This document shows, piece after piece, positions 9,466 through 17,516 of a stretch of DNA of 64,000 nt (positions within the stretch are counted from its first letter, which is position 1; each line of letters begins with the position of its first letter). The stretch spans positions 17,809-81,808 of the forward strand of contig JAYSZM010000001.1 in the NCBI GenBank assembly GCA_043738015.1, written 5' to 3'. Position numbers and translations under genes: made by a program. Origin of the DNA: Lysobacterales bacterium. Its GTDB lineage: Bacteria; Pseudomonadota; Gammaproteobacteria; Xanthomonadales; Ahniellaceae. The notes below the pieces were generated by a model. The model made no database searches and had not been told where the DNA came from. It saw only the letters and a program-made list of their open reading frames with translations.

Positions 9466-10338
9466 TCAATGCAAGGTCGGTTTGCTGTCGCGGTCGTCGC
9501 CCGGGTCTTCGCCATCATCGACAGTTTCCGCACGTCGCCGATGGCCTGGGAAGGGCAGAACGCGACCGTGTTCCTGTTCCTGTTCAGGTCGATGCCATAA
9601 CACCGGCACATCGTCTGGACGCGGCATCTGCAGTTCGGCATCACTGGCCTCCTGCCGGCGCATGGCCTCGATCTCTTCCTCGATTTCCCAGCTGTATTTG
9701 CGCCGACGCGGGGCCGGATCGCGGTGGCGGAACAGGAACGCACAGAGCAGGCCGGCGATCGCGCCAGTGAGGTGGTACTCGTAGGAAATACCTTCTTCGC
9801 GCGGCGCGATGCTGAGCAGCATGCCGCCGAAAAACATGAACGTCAGCATCGCCGCCGCGATCGAGGTGCGGTCGCGGCGGATCAGACCGGAAAAGAATAC
9901 GAAGTACATCAGCCCGTGGCTGAGCCCACTGGCGCCGATATGGAACGAGGGCCGACCAATCCACCAGGTGCCGAGCCCGGACAGCAGCCAGATCAGGGCC
10001 AGGGTCAGCGGCGCCGAGGATGGGTAACGGTAGAGCAGGAGCACGCCCATGATGATCAGGCCAAAGGAATTGGCCAGCAGATGGTCGGCGCCGCTGTGCA
10101 GCAGGGGCGCGGTCAGTACACCGGCCAGGGATTCGAGCCTGCCGGGGTACAGTGCAAACGGTCGCGTATCGATGTGAAAATTGGACACCGCGCCCAGAAT
10201 CAGCCACAGCGCGGCCACAAAAAGTAGTACCAGCCAGACCGAACGCCAGAACCGCGCCTGCAGCAGGCGAGCCTCGGCGGCGGTCGGTGGCGGTGGTGGG
10301 GTAAGGTCCAACATGAACGGGACATGTGGTCGAATCAT
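9466..10338 (-). CDS. rhomboid family intramembrane serine protease
   Basis: Only the C-terminal 290 aa of the 930-aa track ORF look real. They are multi-TM and carry HLLANSFGL and GASGLSHGL (GxSG) rhomboid motifs. The ATG at 10338 gives MIRPHVPF... Confidence 0.8.
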   Translation of the reverse strand: MIRPHVPFMLDLTPPPPPTAAEARLLQARFWRSVWLVLLFVAALWLILGAVSNFHIDTRPFALYPGRLESLAGVLTAPLLHSGADHLLANSFGLIIMGVLLLYRYPSSAPLTLALIWLLSGLGTWWIGRPSFHIGASGLSHGLMYFVFFSGLIRRDRTSIAAAMLTFMFFGGMLLSIAPREEGISYEYHLTGAIAGLLCAFLFRHRDPAPRRRKYSWEIEEEIEAMRRQEASDAELQMPRPDDVPVLWHRPEQEQEHGRVLPFPGHRRRAETVDDGEDPGDDRDSKPTLH

Positions 10339-10452
10339 GGGCATGCAAGTGTGCAGGCCGCATCGATCCATTACCATGGCGGCCTTTGGCGTCTGGAATT
10401 TCGGGGAGATAACCCCGCCCGGACCCGGTGTCTGGCAATTCAGGAGTGGTCT

Positions 10453-12228
10453 ATGCCCTTGGTTCTGCGTTCCCTGGTGGTTGCGCTCAGTGTCGCCATC
10501 GCTGCCTGTAGTGGCAGCAGCAACAGCAACAACGAGCCGCCGCTCACCCAGAATCCGCCCACGGCGGTCACGTTGAATCTTCTTGGCCGCTACAGCACGG
10601 GCCAATTCGGCGTCGACGCGGCTGGTGCCCTGGCCTATTACGGCGGAAACAAGACGGCCTATGTGGTCAATGCACACGATGGCATGATCGATGTGCTGAG
10701 CCTGACCACGCCAGCGAGCCCGACCCGTTTGGCGCGGATCGATGCCGTGCTGATGGCCGCAACCGCCCTCAATCGCCCGATGGGCACCGTCTCGGCCGTT
10801 GCTGCCTACGACGACCCGGACGCCACCATGGACCGCGACCGCATCGCCGTTGCCGTCACCGGTGCAGGCCTTGCCGATGTTGGCGCCGTGGTCATCCTGA
10901 AGGCCGCGGACCGCTCCCTGGTCACAGTCCTGGCTACTGGCGTAGGGCCGAAGTCGCTGGCGTTCAGCCAGGAAGGCCGCTTTGTCGTCAGCGCCAATGA
11001 AGGCGCGCCGTCGGCGGACTACACCGTGGATCCGGAAGGCTCGATCGGCGTGATCGATCTGACGCCGGCCATCGTGCCGCCGGCGACGACCGCGCCGCCG
11101 TCGATCGCCCTGCTTGATTTCAGGGCGTTCAATTTGAGCGGGGTGACACCGATTCCGACCACGTCGCGCGAGGCCGAGATCCTGGCTGACGTGCGCTTCA
11201 CCAATCGGCCGGGCGCCACCCGCGCCATGGACTTCGAGCCCGAGGTCGCCACCACGGCGGTCAATGCGCGCGCCTATATCAGCCTGCAGGAAAACAATGC
11301 AATGGCGACCGTCGCGCTGAGCCCCGCGCGTATCGAGACCATCATTGCGATCGGCGCCAAGGACTTCAATACGGCGACCAGCCGAATCGACGCCAGCGAC
11401 ATGGATGGCGGTGGCATGCTGACCGCGCGCCGGGTGTTTGGCTTTCGTCAGGCTGGCGGCATGGTTGCCTACCGCAATGCCGATGAGGTGCTGCTGTTGA
11501 CCGCCAACACCGGTGCACCGCGAATGTCTCCGGGTTTTGATGAGACCACCCGCGCAGCGACGCTCGTGCTGGATCCCACCAACTACCCGCCGGCCGAGAG
11601 CCTGCAGCAGGACAGCAAACTCGGGCGCCTGGTCGTCTCGGCAACCGAGGGCAACGCGCCGGCCCTGACCGGTCCGCCGGCAGTGCCGCAGGACCCGGAT
11701 ATCGAAAACATCGCCGCTTTTGGTGCGCGCTCGTTCTCGATCATCCGCTCCACCGGCCTGGCGGTCTACGACAGCGGTGACGACTTCGAGCGGGTCACGC
11801 TGGAGCGCCTGGGCAGTAACTTCAACTCCAGTGCGGACGCCAACGGCACCGGCGATAGTCGCTCCGATGATCAGGGACCGGCGCCGAAAGCAGTCGCCCT
11901 GGGTCAGATCGATGGCGCCACATTTGCGTTCATCGGCCTTTCCGAGGTGGGCGGCATCATGTCCTATGCGCTCGACAGCCGGCTGCGCAGTGGTCGCTTC
12001 CTCGATTACCGGACCGAACGCGACTTCGGCGTGCCAACGAATACTGGCGCCGATGCCAATGCTGACGGGGCTCTGGACAGCAACCCGGCGGCTGGCGATC
12101 TTGGTCCGGCCGCGATGCTGTTCGTGCCGGTCAGTGCATCGCCGACCACCGACTCCCTGCTGATCGTCAGCAACAAGGTCAGCGGTACGACGACCATCTA
12201 CGCGGTTCGGCCGGTCACCACACCCTGA
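10453..12228 (+). CDS. choice-of-anchor I family beta-propeller lipoprotein (phosphatase-like)
   Basis: AGGAG lies 7 nt upstream of the ATG. Lipobox-like VAIAACSGSS. Family-typical strings are ANEGAPSADYTVDPEGSIGVIDL, SLQENNAMATV, IDASDMDGG, FGARSFSII and SRSDDQGPAPKAVALG. Confidence 0.7.
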   Translation: MPLVLRSLVVALSVAIAACSGSSNSNNEPPLTQNPPTAVTLNLLGRYSTGQFGVDAAGALAYYGGNKTAYVVNAHDGMIDVLSLTTPASPTRLARIDAVLMAATALNRPMGTVSAVAAYDDPDATMDRDRIAVAVTGAGLADVGAVVILKAADRSLVTVLATGVGPKSLAFSQEGRFVVSANEGAPSADYTVDPEGSIGVIDLTPAIVPPATTAPPSIALLDFRAFNLSGVTPIPTTSREAEILADVRFTNRPGATRAMDFEPEVATTAVNARAYISLQENNAMATVALSPARIETIIAIGAKDFNTATSRIDASDMDGGGMLTARRVFGFRQAGGMVAYRNADEVLLLTANTGAPRMSPGFDETTRAATLVLDPTNYPPAESLQQDSKLGRLVVSATEGNAPALTGPPAVPQDPDIENIAAFGARSFSIIRSTGLAVYDSGDDFERVTLERLGSNFNSSADANGTGDSRSDDQGPAPKAVALGQIDGATFAFIGLSEVGGIMSYALDSRLRSGRFLDYRTERDFGVPTNTGADANADGALDSNPAAGDLGPAAMLFVPVSASPTTDSLLIVSNKVSGTTTIYAVRPVTTP

Positions 12229-12450
12229 TTGATCCAGTGTCTGCCGGGCCACTCCCATGCCCGGTGGCTGCGCGATAGCTGGAAGGCCGGTGGCCTGAAA
12301 CAGATAAAGCGCAAGCCGGATCGCAAAGGGATGGCAGCGGAGCGCGCCGCTTCGGAGCGACGCCGGTAGCCAAACCTACAGGCCGAGAGAGCAGCAGGCT
12401 CAGTGCGCTCAGACCGAGAAAGCTGCTGGTGATTCGTCTGCTACCGGCCG

Positions 12451-13296
12451 CTAGGGCGTGTCGTTGGGTCTGATATCGGAAGCGGGCACGCCCAATTCAT
12501 CGGGCAGCTCGTAGTCCGGCGCTTCCTGGCTGCAATCGCGGATCTGGCAGCCGCGGCGTTGGAAGTAGACGTCGCGCAGCAATAGATACTCGTCGGCCGC
12601 ATTCTCGGCAAAGGCCTCATTGGGCAGCGCCGCAGCGCGCGACGTAATGCCATAAAGGACGCCGAAGCCCGGCCCGAGCTTGCGCGCTCCCACGGTATTG
12701 ATCGGGCTGACCTGTGAGTTGACCACGCGCGCCACGCTATCGCGGACGCTGGACGGGCCGAACACCGGGAGTACCACGTAACGCGAGCGTTGCCAGCCCC
12801 AGAGTGCAAAGGTCTGGCCGAAATCACCGCGATGTTCGGGCACATTGCCGGCACTGGCGACATCAAAAATACCTGCCAATCCGATCGTGGAATTCAGCAA
12901 GAAGCGGAATCCCGACTCGGTGGCCTGCTGGCCATGGCCCTGGGCCAGCAAGTTCAGCGCGACGATGGGCTCCTGCAGATTGTCGAAGACGTTGGTGACG
13001 CCCTGACGAACGCGGCGCGGCACCGCTTTGACGTAGGTCCGCGCCACCGGCTTCATCACCTTGCGATCGAGCGTACGATTGAAGTTGTGAATCCGGCGGT
13101 TGGTCGGCTCCCAGGGATCGAGCGCAGCGCGTTCCTCGGGGCTGGTTCGGCCATCGCCGATGGGCGTGCCATCAGCGCGCAGCACGCGTCCGCTGCAGGC
13201 GGACAGCAGTACCACGAGCAGACAGCAGCACAGCCGCAGCAGATCGCGGCTGTGCGCACCGCCGTGTCGATCAGCCGCCGACATTGACCGTTCCAT
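12451..13296 (-). CDS. mlaA: MlaA/VacJ family outer-membrane lipoprotein
   Basis: Lipobox LLSACSG. The core DPWEPTNRRIHNFNRTLDRKVMKPVARTY...NVFDNLQEP is the VacJ signature. The start is ambiguous (TTG 13311, ATG 13296 or ATG 13284) and overlaps the mlaC stop. Confidence 0.85.
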   Translation of the reverse strand: MERSMSAADRHGGAHSRDLLRLCCCLLVVLLSACSGRVLRADGTPIGDGRTSPEERAALDPWEPTNRRIHNFNRTLDRKVMKPVARTYVKAVPRRVRQGVTNVFDNLQEPIVALNLLAQGHGQQATESGFRFLLNSTIGLAGIFDVASAGNVPEHRGDFGQTFALWGWQRSRYVVLPVFGPSSVRDSVARVVNSQVSPINTVGARKLGPGFGVLYGITSRAAALPNEAFAENAADEYLLLRDVYFQRRGCQIRDCSQEAPDYELPDELGVPASDIRPNDTP

Positions 13297-13876
13297 CGCG
13301 CAGGCCGGCAATCACCTGATCCAGGGTCTGGTTGCGCAGTTGTTCCTCGAACTGGTTGCGATAGGTCTGCACGTAGGACACGCCCTCGACCAGTACATCG
13401 AATATCTTCCAGCGGCCATCCACTTCGCGGACCATGTAGTCGACCGGCACCGGCGCGCCATCGGCGCGGGCGAGCTCGGTCGCGACGCGCATCAGCTGGC
13501 CGTCGCGCAATGGCGTCTCCGACAGTACCTTGACGTCGACATTGGGATCGAAGTCGAGCATGGCCTTGCCATACCGGCGCATCAGATTGGCGAGCAGGGC
13601 GTGGGCGAATGCGTCGATCGTCTCGGCATTGACACCGCGGCTGTGTCGGCCCAGTACCAGGCGCGCCGAGTACTGATGGTCGAATGACGCTTCGAGCTGT
13701 TCCAGCATGAAGGCTTCGAGCTTGCTGGCGTCGGCGCGAAATTCGGCGCGGCGCTTGACCAGGGTCGTCAGCACCGTCTCGGCGCTTTGCTCCACCATGT
13801 CACGCGGACGCTCGGGAGCGGCCTGGGCATTGCCGAGGCCAAGCAGCGCGATCAGGACGAGGGCGAACAGGCGCAT
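13271..13876 (-). CDS. mlaC: phospholipid-binding periplasmic protein MlaC (Ttg2D)
   Basis: Signal peptide MRLFALVLIALLGLGNAQA. Size and operon position match MlaC. Confidence 0.8.
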   Translation of the reverse strand: MRLFALVLIALLGLGNAQAAPERPRDMVEQSAETVLTTLVKRRAEFRADASKLEAFMLEQLEASFDHQYSARLVLGRHSRGVNAETIDAFAHALLANLMRRYGKAMLDFDPNVDVKVLSETPLRDGQLMRVATELARADGAPVPVDYMVREVDGRWKIFDVLVEGVSYVQTYRNQFEEQLRNQTLDQVIAGLRDGTVNVGG

Positions 13877-14370
13877 CAGGGTGTCTCCGTAGCAGGGGCG
13901 TCGGCGGCAGGTGTGGGCTCGCTGCCCTTGCCATTGCCGAACATGTATTTGCCGATCAGGTTTTCAAGCACGATGGCCGACTGGGTGAACACGATTTCGT
14001 CGCCATCGCCGAGCGCTTCGAGTTCGCCGCCGGGGCTGATCGAAATATAGCGCTCGCCGAGCAGGCCGGCAGTATTGATCGCCGCCGAACTGTCGGTCGG
14101 CAAGGCGCCGGCCGCGCTGTTGAGGCGCAGACTGACAACGGCGTCATAGCGTTCAGGATCGAGCCGAATGCTGGCGACCTCGCCCACCTTCACGCCGGCG
14201 ATCTTTACCGGAGCGCGCAGACGCAATTCGCCGAGATTGGAAAACCTGGCGGTCACCGAGTACGAGGCGCCGCCCAACCGGCTGCGCACATCGGTGGACG
14301 AGAAGGCGAGCGCGAGCGCACAACCAAACCCGAGCAGGATGAAGGCGCCGACACCGATTTCAAATTTCAT
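13876..14370 (-). CDS. mlaD: MCE-domain protein MlaD
   Basis: N-terminal TM (MKFEIGVGAFILLGFG) followed by an MCE domain (VTARFSNLGELRLRAPVKIAGVKVGEV). Confidence 0.85.
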   Translation of the reverse strand: MKFEIGVGAFILLGFGCALALAFSSTDVRSRLGGASYSVTARFSNLGELRLRAPVKIAGVKVGEVASIRLDPERYDAVVSLRLNSAAGALPTDSSAAINTAGLLGERYISISPGGELEALGDGDEIVFTQSAIVLENLIGKYMFGNGKGSEPTPAADAPATETP

Positions 14371-14382
14371 GACAGGCTCATC

Positions 14383-15123
14383 TCAGTAGAAAAGTGCGCT
14401 CAACAGAAAATCCAGGAACAGGACCATCAACGAACCTTGGACGACGGCGCCGGTGGTGGCGCGCGAAGTGCCTTCGATGGTCGGTTCCGCATGGTAACCG
14501 GCATGGGTGGCGATCAGGCTGAGTACCGCGCCGAACACCGCCGACTTGACGAAGGCCTGACCATAATCATCTATCAGGCTGACGCTACCCTGAAGCGCTG
14601 CCCAGTAGTGGCCGGGATCGAGCCCGAGCACCCAGACCGCCTGCACCGATCCGCCGAAGATGGCGAAGGCGCAGAATACCGCCGTCAGTATCGGCATCGC
14701 GATCAATCCCGCGAGGAATCGCGGTACAACCGCCTTGCGTACTGGATCGATCGCCATCATCTCGAGTGCAGTGATCTGGTCGGTGGTGCGCATCAGACCG
14801 AGTTCGGCAGCCATCGATGAACAGGCCCGGCCACAGAACAGGAGCGCGGCGAGCACCGGCCCGAGTTCACGAAAGAGGCTCAGTCCGAGCAGGGTGCCGA
14901 GTGCATTGCTGGCGCCGAAGGTCGCGAGCGTGCGATGCCCTTGCAGGGACATCACCAGTCCGACGAAGGCGCCACCAACCGCGACGATCGGCACCGAGCG
15001 CGCGCCGACGGAATAGATCTGGCGCAGAAGATCGTGGCCCGAGCCTCGCTGCGGCGACAGGCTGGACAGGATGCGCAGGCCAAACAGGCCGAGAGCGCCG
15101 AGCCTGGCGAGGAGCTCACGCAT
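14383..15123 (-). CDS. mlaE: ABC transporter permease MlaE
   Basis: The start was moved to the ATG at 15123 (MRELLARLG...). The polytopic permease is typical of MlaE. It overlaps mlaF by 8 nt. Confidence 0.85.
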   Translation of the reverse strand: MRELLARLGALGLFGLRILSSLSPQRGSGHDLLRQIYSVGARSVPIVAVGGAFVGLVMSLQGHRTLATFGASNALGTLLGLSLFRELGPVLAALLFCGRACSSMAAELGLMRTTDQITALEMMAIDPVRKAVVPRFLAGLIAMPILTAVFCAFAIFGGSVQAVWVLGLDPGHYWAALQGSVSLIDDYGQAFVKSAVFGAVLSLIATHAGYHAEPTIEGTSRATTGAVVQGSLMVLFLDFLLSALFY

Positions 15124-15916
15124 GGCGCTGTGCTCCCTTGTGGCGGTACTCGAATGAGATCGGGCCATCGGGCGCGCCTTCGAGAAATTGGCGTAACAGG
15201 GGATCGCTGCTGGCGCGCAGTTCGTCCGGCGTACCACTGAACACCAGCCCGCCATTGGCGATCACCAGCACGCGATCGGCGATCGCCAGACACTCGCTGA
15301 CATCATGGGAAACCACAACGCTGGTCAGGCCGAGTCGACGGCAGAGATCGTTGATCAGTTTGACGATCACACCTTTGGTGATCGGATCGAGGCCGGTGAA
15401 GGGCTCATCGTAGAGCAACAGCGGCGGATCGAGCGCCAGCGCACGGGCCAGCGCGACACGACGCGCCATGCCGCCGGAAAGCTGTTGCGGACTGAGTTCG
15501 GCCGCCTCGGCCAGGCCGACCGCGGCGAGCTTCTGCGCGACCAGGGCCTTGATGCCTTCGTCATCCAGCTGGGTGTGCATCTGCAGCGGCAGGGCGACAT
15601 TCTCGGCCACATTCAAATCGCTGAGCAGGCCACTGCCCTGGAGCAGAAACCCGATGCGCCGACGCAGGGCAAACAATTGGGCGCGCGGCAGCGGCAGCGT
15701 CTGGCCGAGCACCTGGATCGTGCCCGCGGTGCATTCAAGCACGCCGGTGGCGGCAGCAAGCAAGCTGGATTTTCCGGCGCCGCTGGGGCCGAGTACGGCG
15801 ACCAGTTCACCGGCCTGCACCACGAAGCTCAGATCGGCCAGCACCGTGCGCTCGCCGCGCTTGATGCTGACGGCAGCAAAACGCAGTGCCTCGTTGCTGG
15901 AAACAGATTCGGTCAT
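15116..15916 (-). CDS. mlaF: ABC transporter ATP-binding protein MlaF
   Basis: Walker A GPSGAGKSS, ABC signature LSGGMARRV and Walker B LLLYDEP. Confidence 0.9.
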   Translation of the reverse strand: MTESVSSNEALRFAAVSIKRGERTVLADLSFVVQAGELVAVLGPSGAGKSSLLAAATGVLECTAGTIQVLGQTLPLPRAQLFALRRRIGFLLQGSGLLSDLNVAENVALPLQMHTQLDDEGIKALVAQKLAAVGLAEAAELSPQQLSGGMARRVALARALALDPPLLLYDEPFTGLDPITKGVIVKLINDLCRRLGLTSVVVSHDVSECLAIADRVLVIANGGLVFSGTPDELRASSDPLLRQFLEGAPDGPISFEYRHKGAQRHA

Positions 15917-16015
15917 AGTCAGGCTGGTTCGGCGAAGGGCGCATTATGCCCGGCTGCGCCGCCTGCGCGCCGCCGGGCAGGGCATCGGCCAGCTGCGGTA
16001 CAGGTCGGACCCGCT

Positions 16016-16047
16016 CAAAAAAGAAACCCGCATCCGGGGGATGCGGG
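16016..16047 (-). terminator. rho-independent terminator downstream of the phytase-like gene
   Basis: On the minus strand a CCCGCATCC-CCC-GGATGCGGG stem is followed by TTTCTTTTTTG. It lies about 115 nt after the stop at 16162. Confidence 0.7.
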
Positions 16048-16161
16048 TCAAGTCAGTCTGAGGAAGGACTGAAAGCAGCGTCGATCAGATCGACACGCGC
16101 ACTTCAGCCGTTTGCCGTCGCAGATGTTGAGAACGGGCTGCCCCGACGGCTTTCGGATGTT

Positions 16162-17280
16162 TCAGGGTAGGCAGCTCGCGCGCAGCGAGGTCGCGCGCGC
16201 GATGTCGTTCCAATCGAACGCAGCGACGGCTTGGTCGTCATGTACCGCGTAGAGCACGCCATTGGGGAATCGCGGCGAGGGACGGGCGTGCAGCCAGATG
16301 CCGTCGGTATTGCCGACCACTTCACCGCTGAATGCCGCCATATGTTCAAGGCTCTGCCGATCGAAAACATGGAACAGGCTGCGGTCCTTGAACTGGTCGG
16401 TGGTGATCCAGTAACCGCTGCCATCCGGACAGGCCCAGAGGCTGATACCCTCGGCCTGCGCCTTGAAGCGATCGGCGCCAATGGTGCGTCCACGATATCT
16501 GCCGGCGAGATCGTATTCGCGCACCGCAGTGCCGCTGCGGGTGTCTTCCTCGGCGATCAGCAGGCGATCGTGTGCCGGGTCGCCCCACAGCGATTCGGGG
16601 ATCCGGATGGCGCCCGCGGCACTGGTATCGCCAAAGGCGTTGATCAACTGCGCGGACAACTTGCCGGTCTCGACGTGTACCGCGTAGCGCTTGAAGCGAT
16701 TGCCAAGTTCGGCCAGTGGTGGCGCGATGTCATCTCCATTGGGGTACTTGCCGGCCATATAGGCATCGCTGATCAGCACTTCGATGCTGCCTGCTTCAGG
16801 CTCATGCACCCACAGTCCGTAGGGTTGCAGCAGTTCGTCCTGACCAAAGCTGCCGAGCGAATCGAGGCTCGGCAATGACAGCACTTGGACACGATGATTG
16901 TCGCGCTCGACGACGAACAGAAAATCCTTGAACACAAAGATGCCATTGGGCCGCAGAAATTGACCGGGGCCCTCGCCTGCCGTACCGACCTGGCGCAGTT
17001 GGGCGCCGGTCTCGCCGTCGTACATCAGCACGCGGCCATTGGCCTTCGAGGTGGCGAACAGCCACAGCTTGCCGTCCGCAGCCGTCCAGACCGCCGGTGA
17101 GTCGACATTCTCGTCGGGCGTTCGCGCGCTGACGAAGGCCTCCTTGATCACGGCGTGGGCGATGCCCGACGCCGCCAGGGAGGGATCTGGCCGATTCTCA
17201 TCGGGCTCGCGATCGGGCCGTTTGCTGGCACAGGCTGCAAGCAGCAATACGAACAGGGCAACAGGAATCATCGGGCGCAT
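16162..17280 (-). CDS. beta-propeller phytase-like lipoprotein
   Basis: Lipobox LLLAACAS. Strings such as VDSPAVWTA..KLWLFATSK and EGISLWACPDGSGYWITTDQ resemble BPP 3-phytase blades. It is divergent from a TonB receptor. Confidence 0.55.
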   Translation of the reverse strand: MRPMIPVALFVLLLAACASKRPDREPDENRPDPSLAASGIAHAVIKEAFVSARTPDENVDSPAVWTAADGKLWLFATSKANGRVLMYDGETGAQLRQVGTAGEGPGQFLRPNGIFVFKDFLFVVERDNHRVQVLSLPSLDSLGSFGQDELLQPYGLWVHEPEAGSIEVLISDAYMAGKYPNGDDIAPPLAELGNRFKRYAVHVETGKLSAQLINAFGDTSAAGAIRIPESLWGDPAHDRLLIAEEDTRSGTAVREYDLAGRYRGRTIGADRFKAQAEGISLWACPDGSGYWITTDQFKDRSLFHVFDRQSLEHMAAFSGEVVGNTDGIWLHARPSPRFPNGVLYAVHDDQAVAAFDWNDIARATSLRASCLP

Positions 17281-17516
17281 GCGGGCTCTCTGGTCAGGGC
17301 AGGAGGGAAGCTGGAAGTCGCCGGTTTATACACGAATTTGCACCGATCCTGATGACGCTTGCCCGACCGATGTGCGCAATGCGTGGGACGAATCGCCGCG
17401 CGCATGAACCAATGTCCCGGACAGGGCCGCCAGGCGTGCTGCGCATCGACAGCATGTAATACGCCCGCCATATCGCTTCTGTAGAAAGCCCTGCTCCCCT
17501 GTCCGGAGCTTGTGCC

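Noticed and set aside
10339-12258. Upper two thirds of the 930-aa minus-strand ORF 9466..12258
   Set aside because: This part of the translation is Arg/Gly/Ala/Asp-rich with no recognisable domain. It is antisense to a well-supported choice-of-anchor-I gene. Only the C-terminal rhomboid portion (9466-10338) is credible.
17327-17343. Pho box in the phytase / TonB receptor intergenic region
   Set aside because: TATACAC-N3-TTTGCAC has 10-bp rather than 11-bp spacing and matches CTGTCAT poorly. It is kept only as a remark inside a finding.
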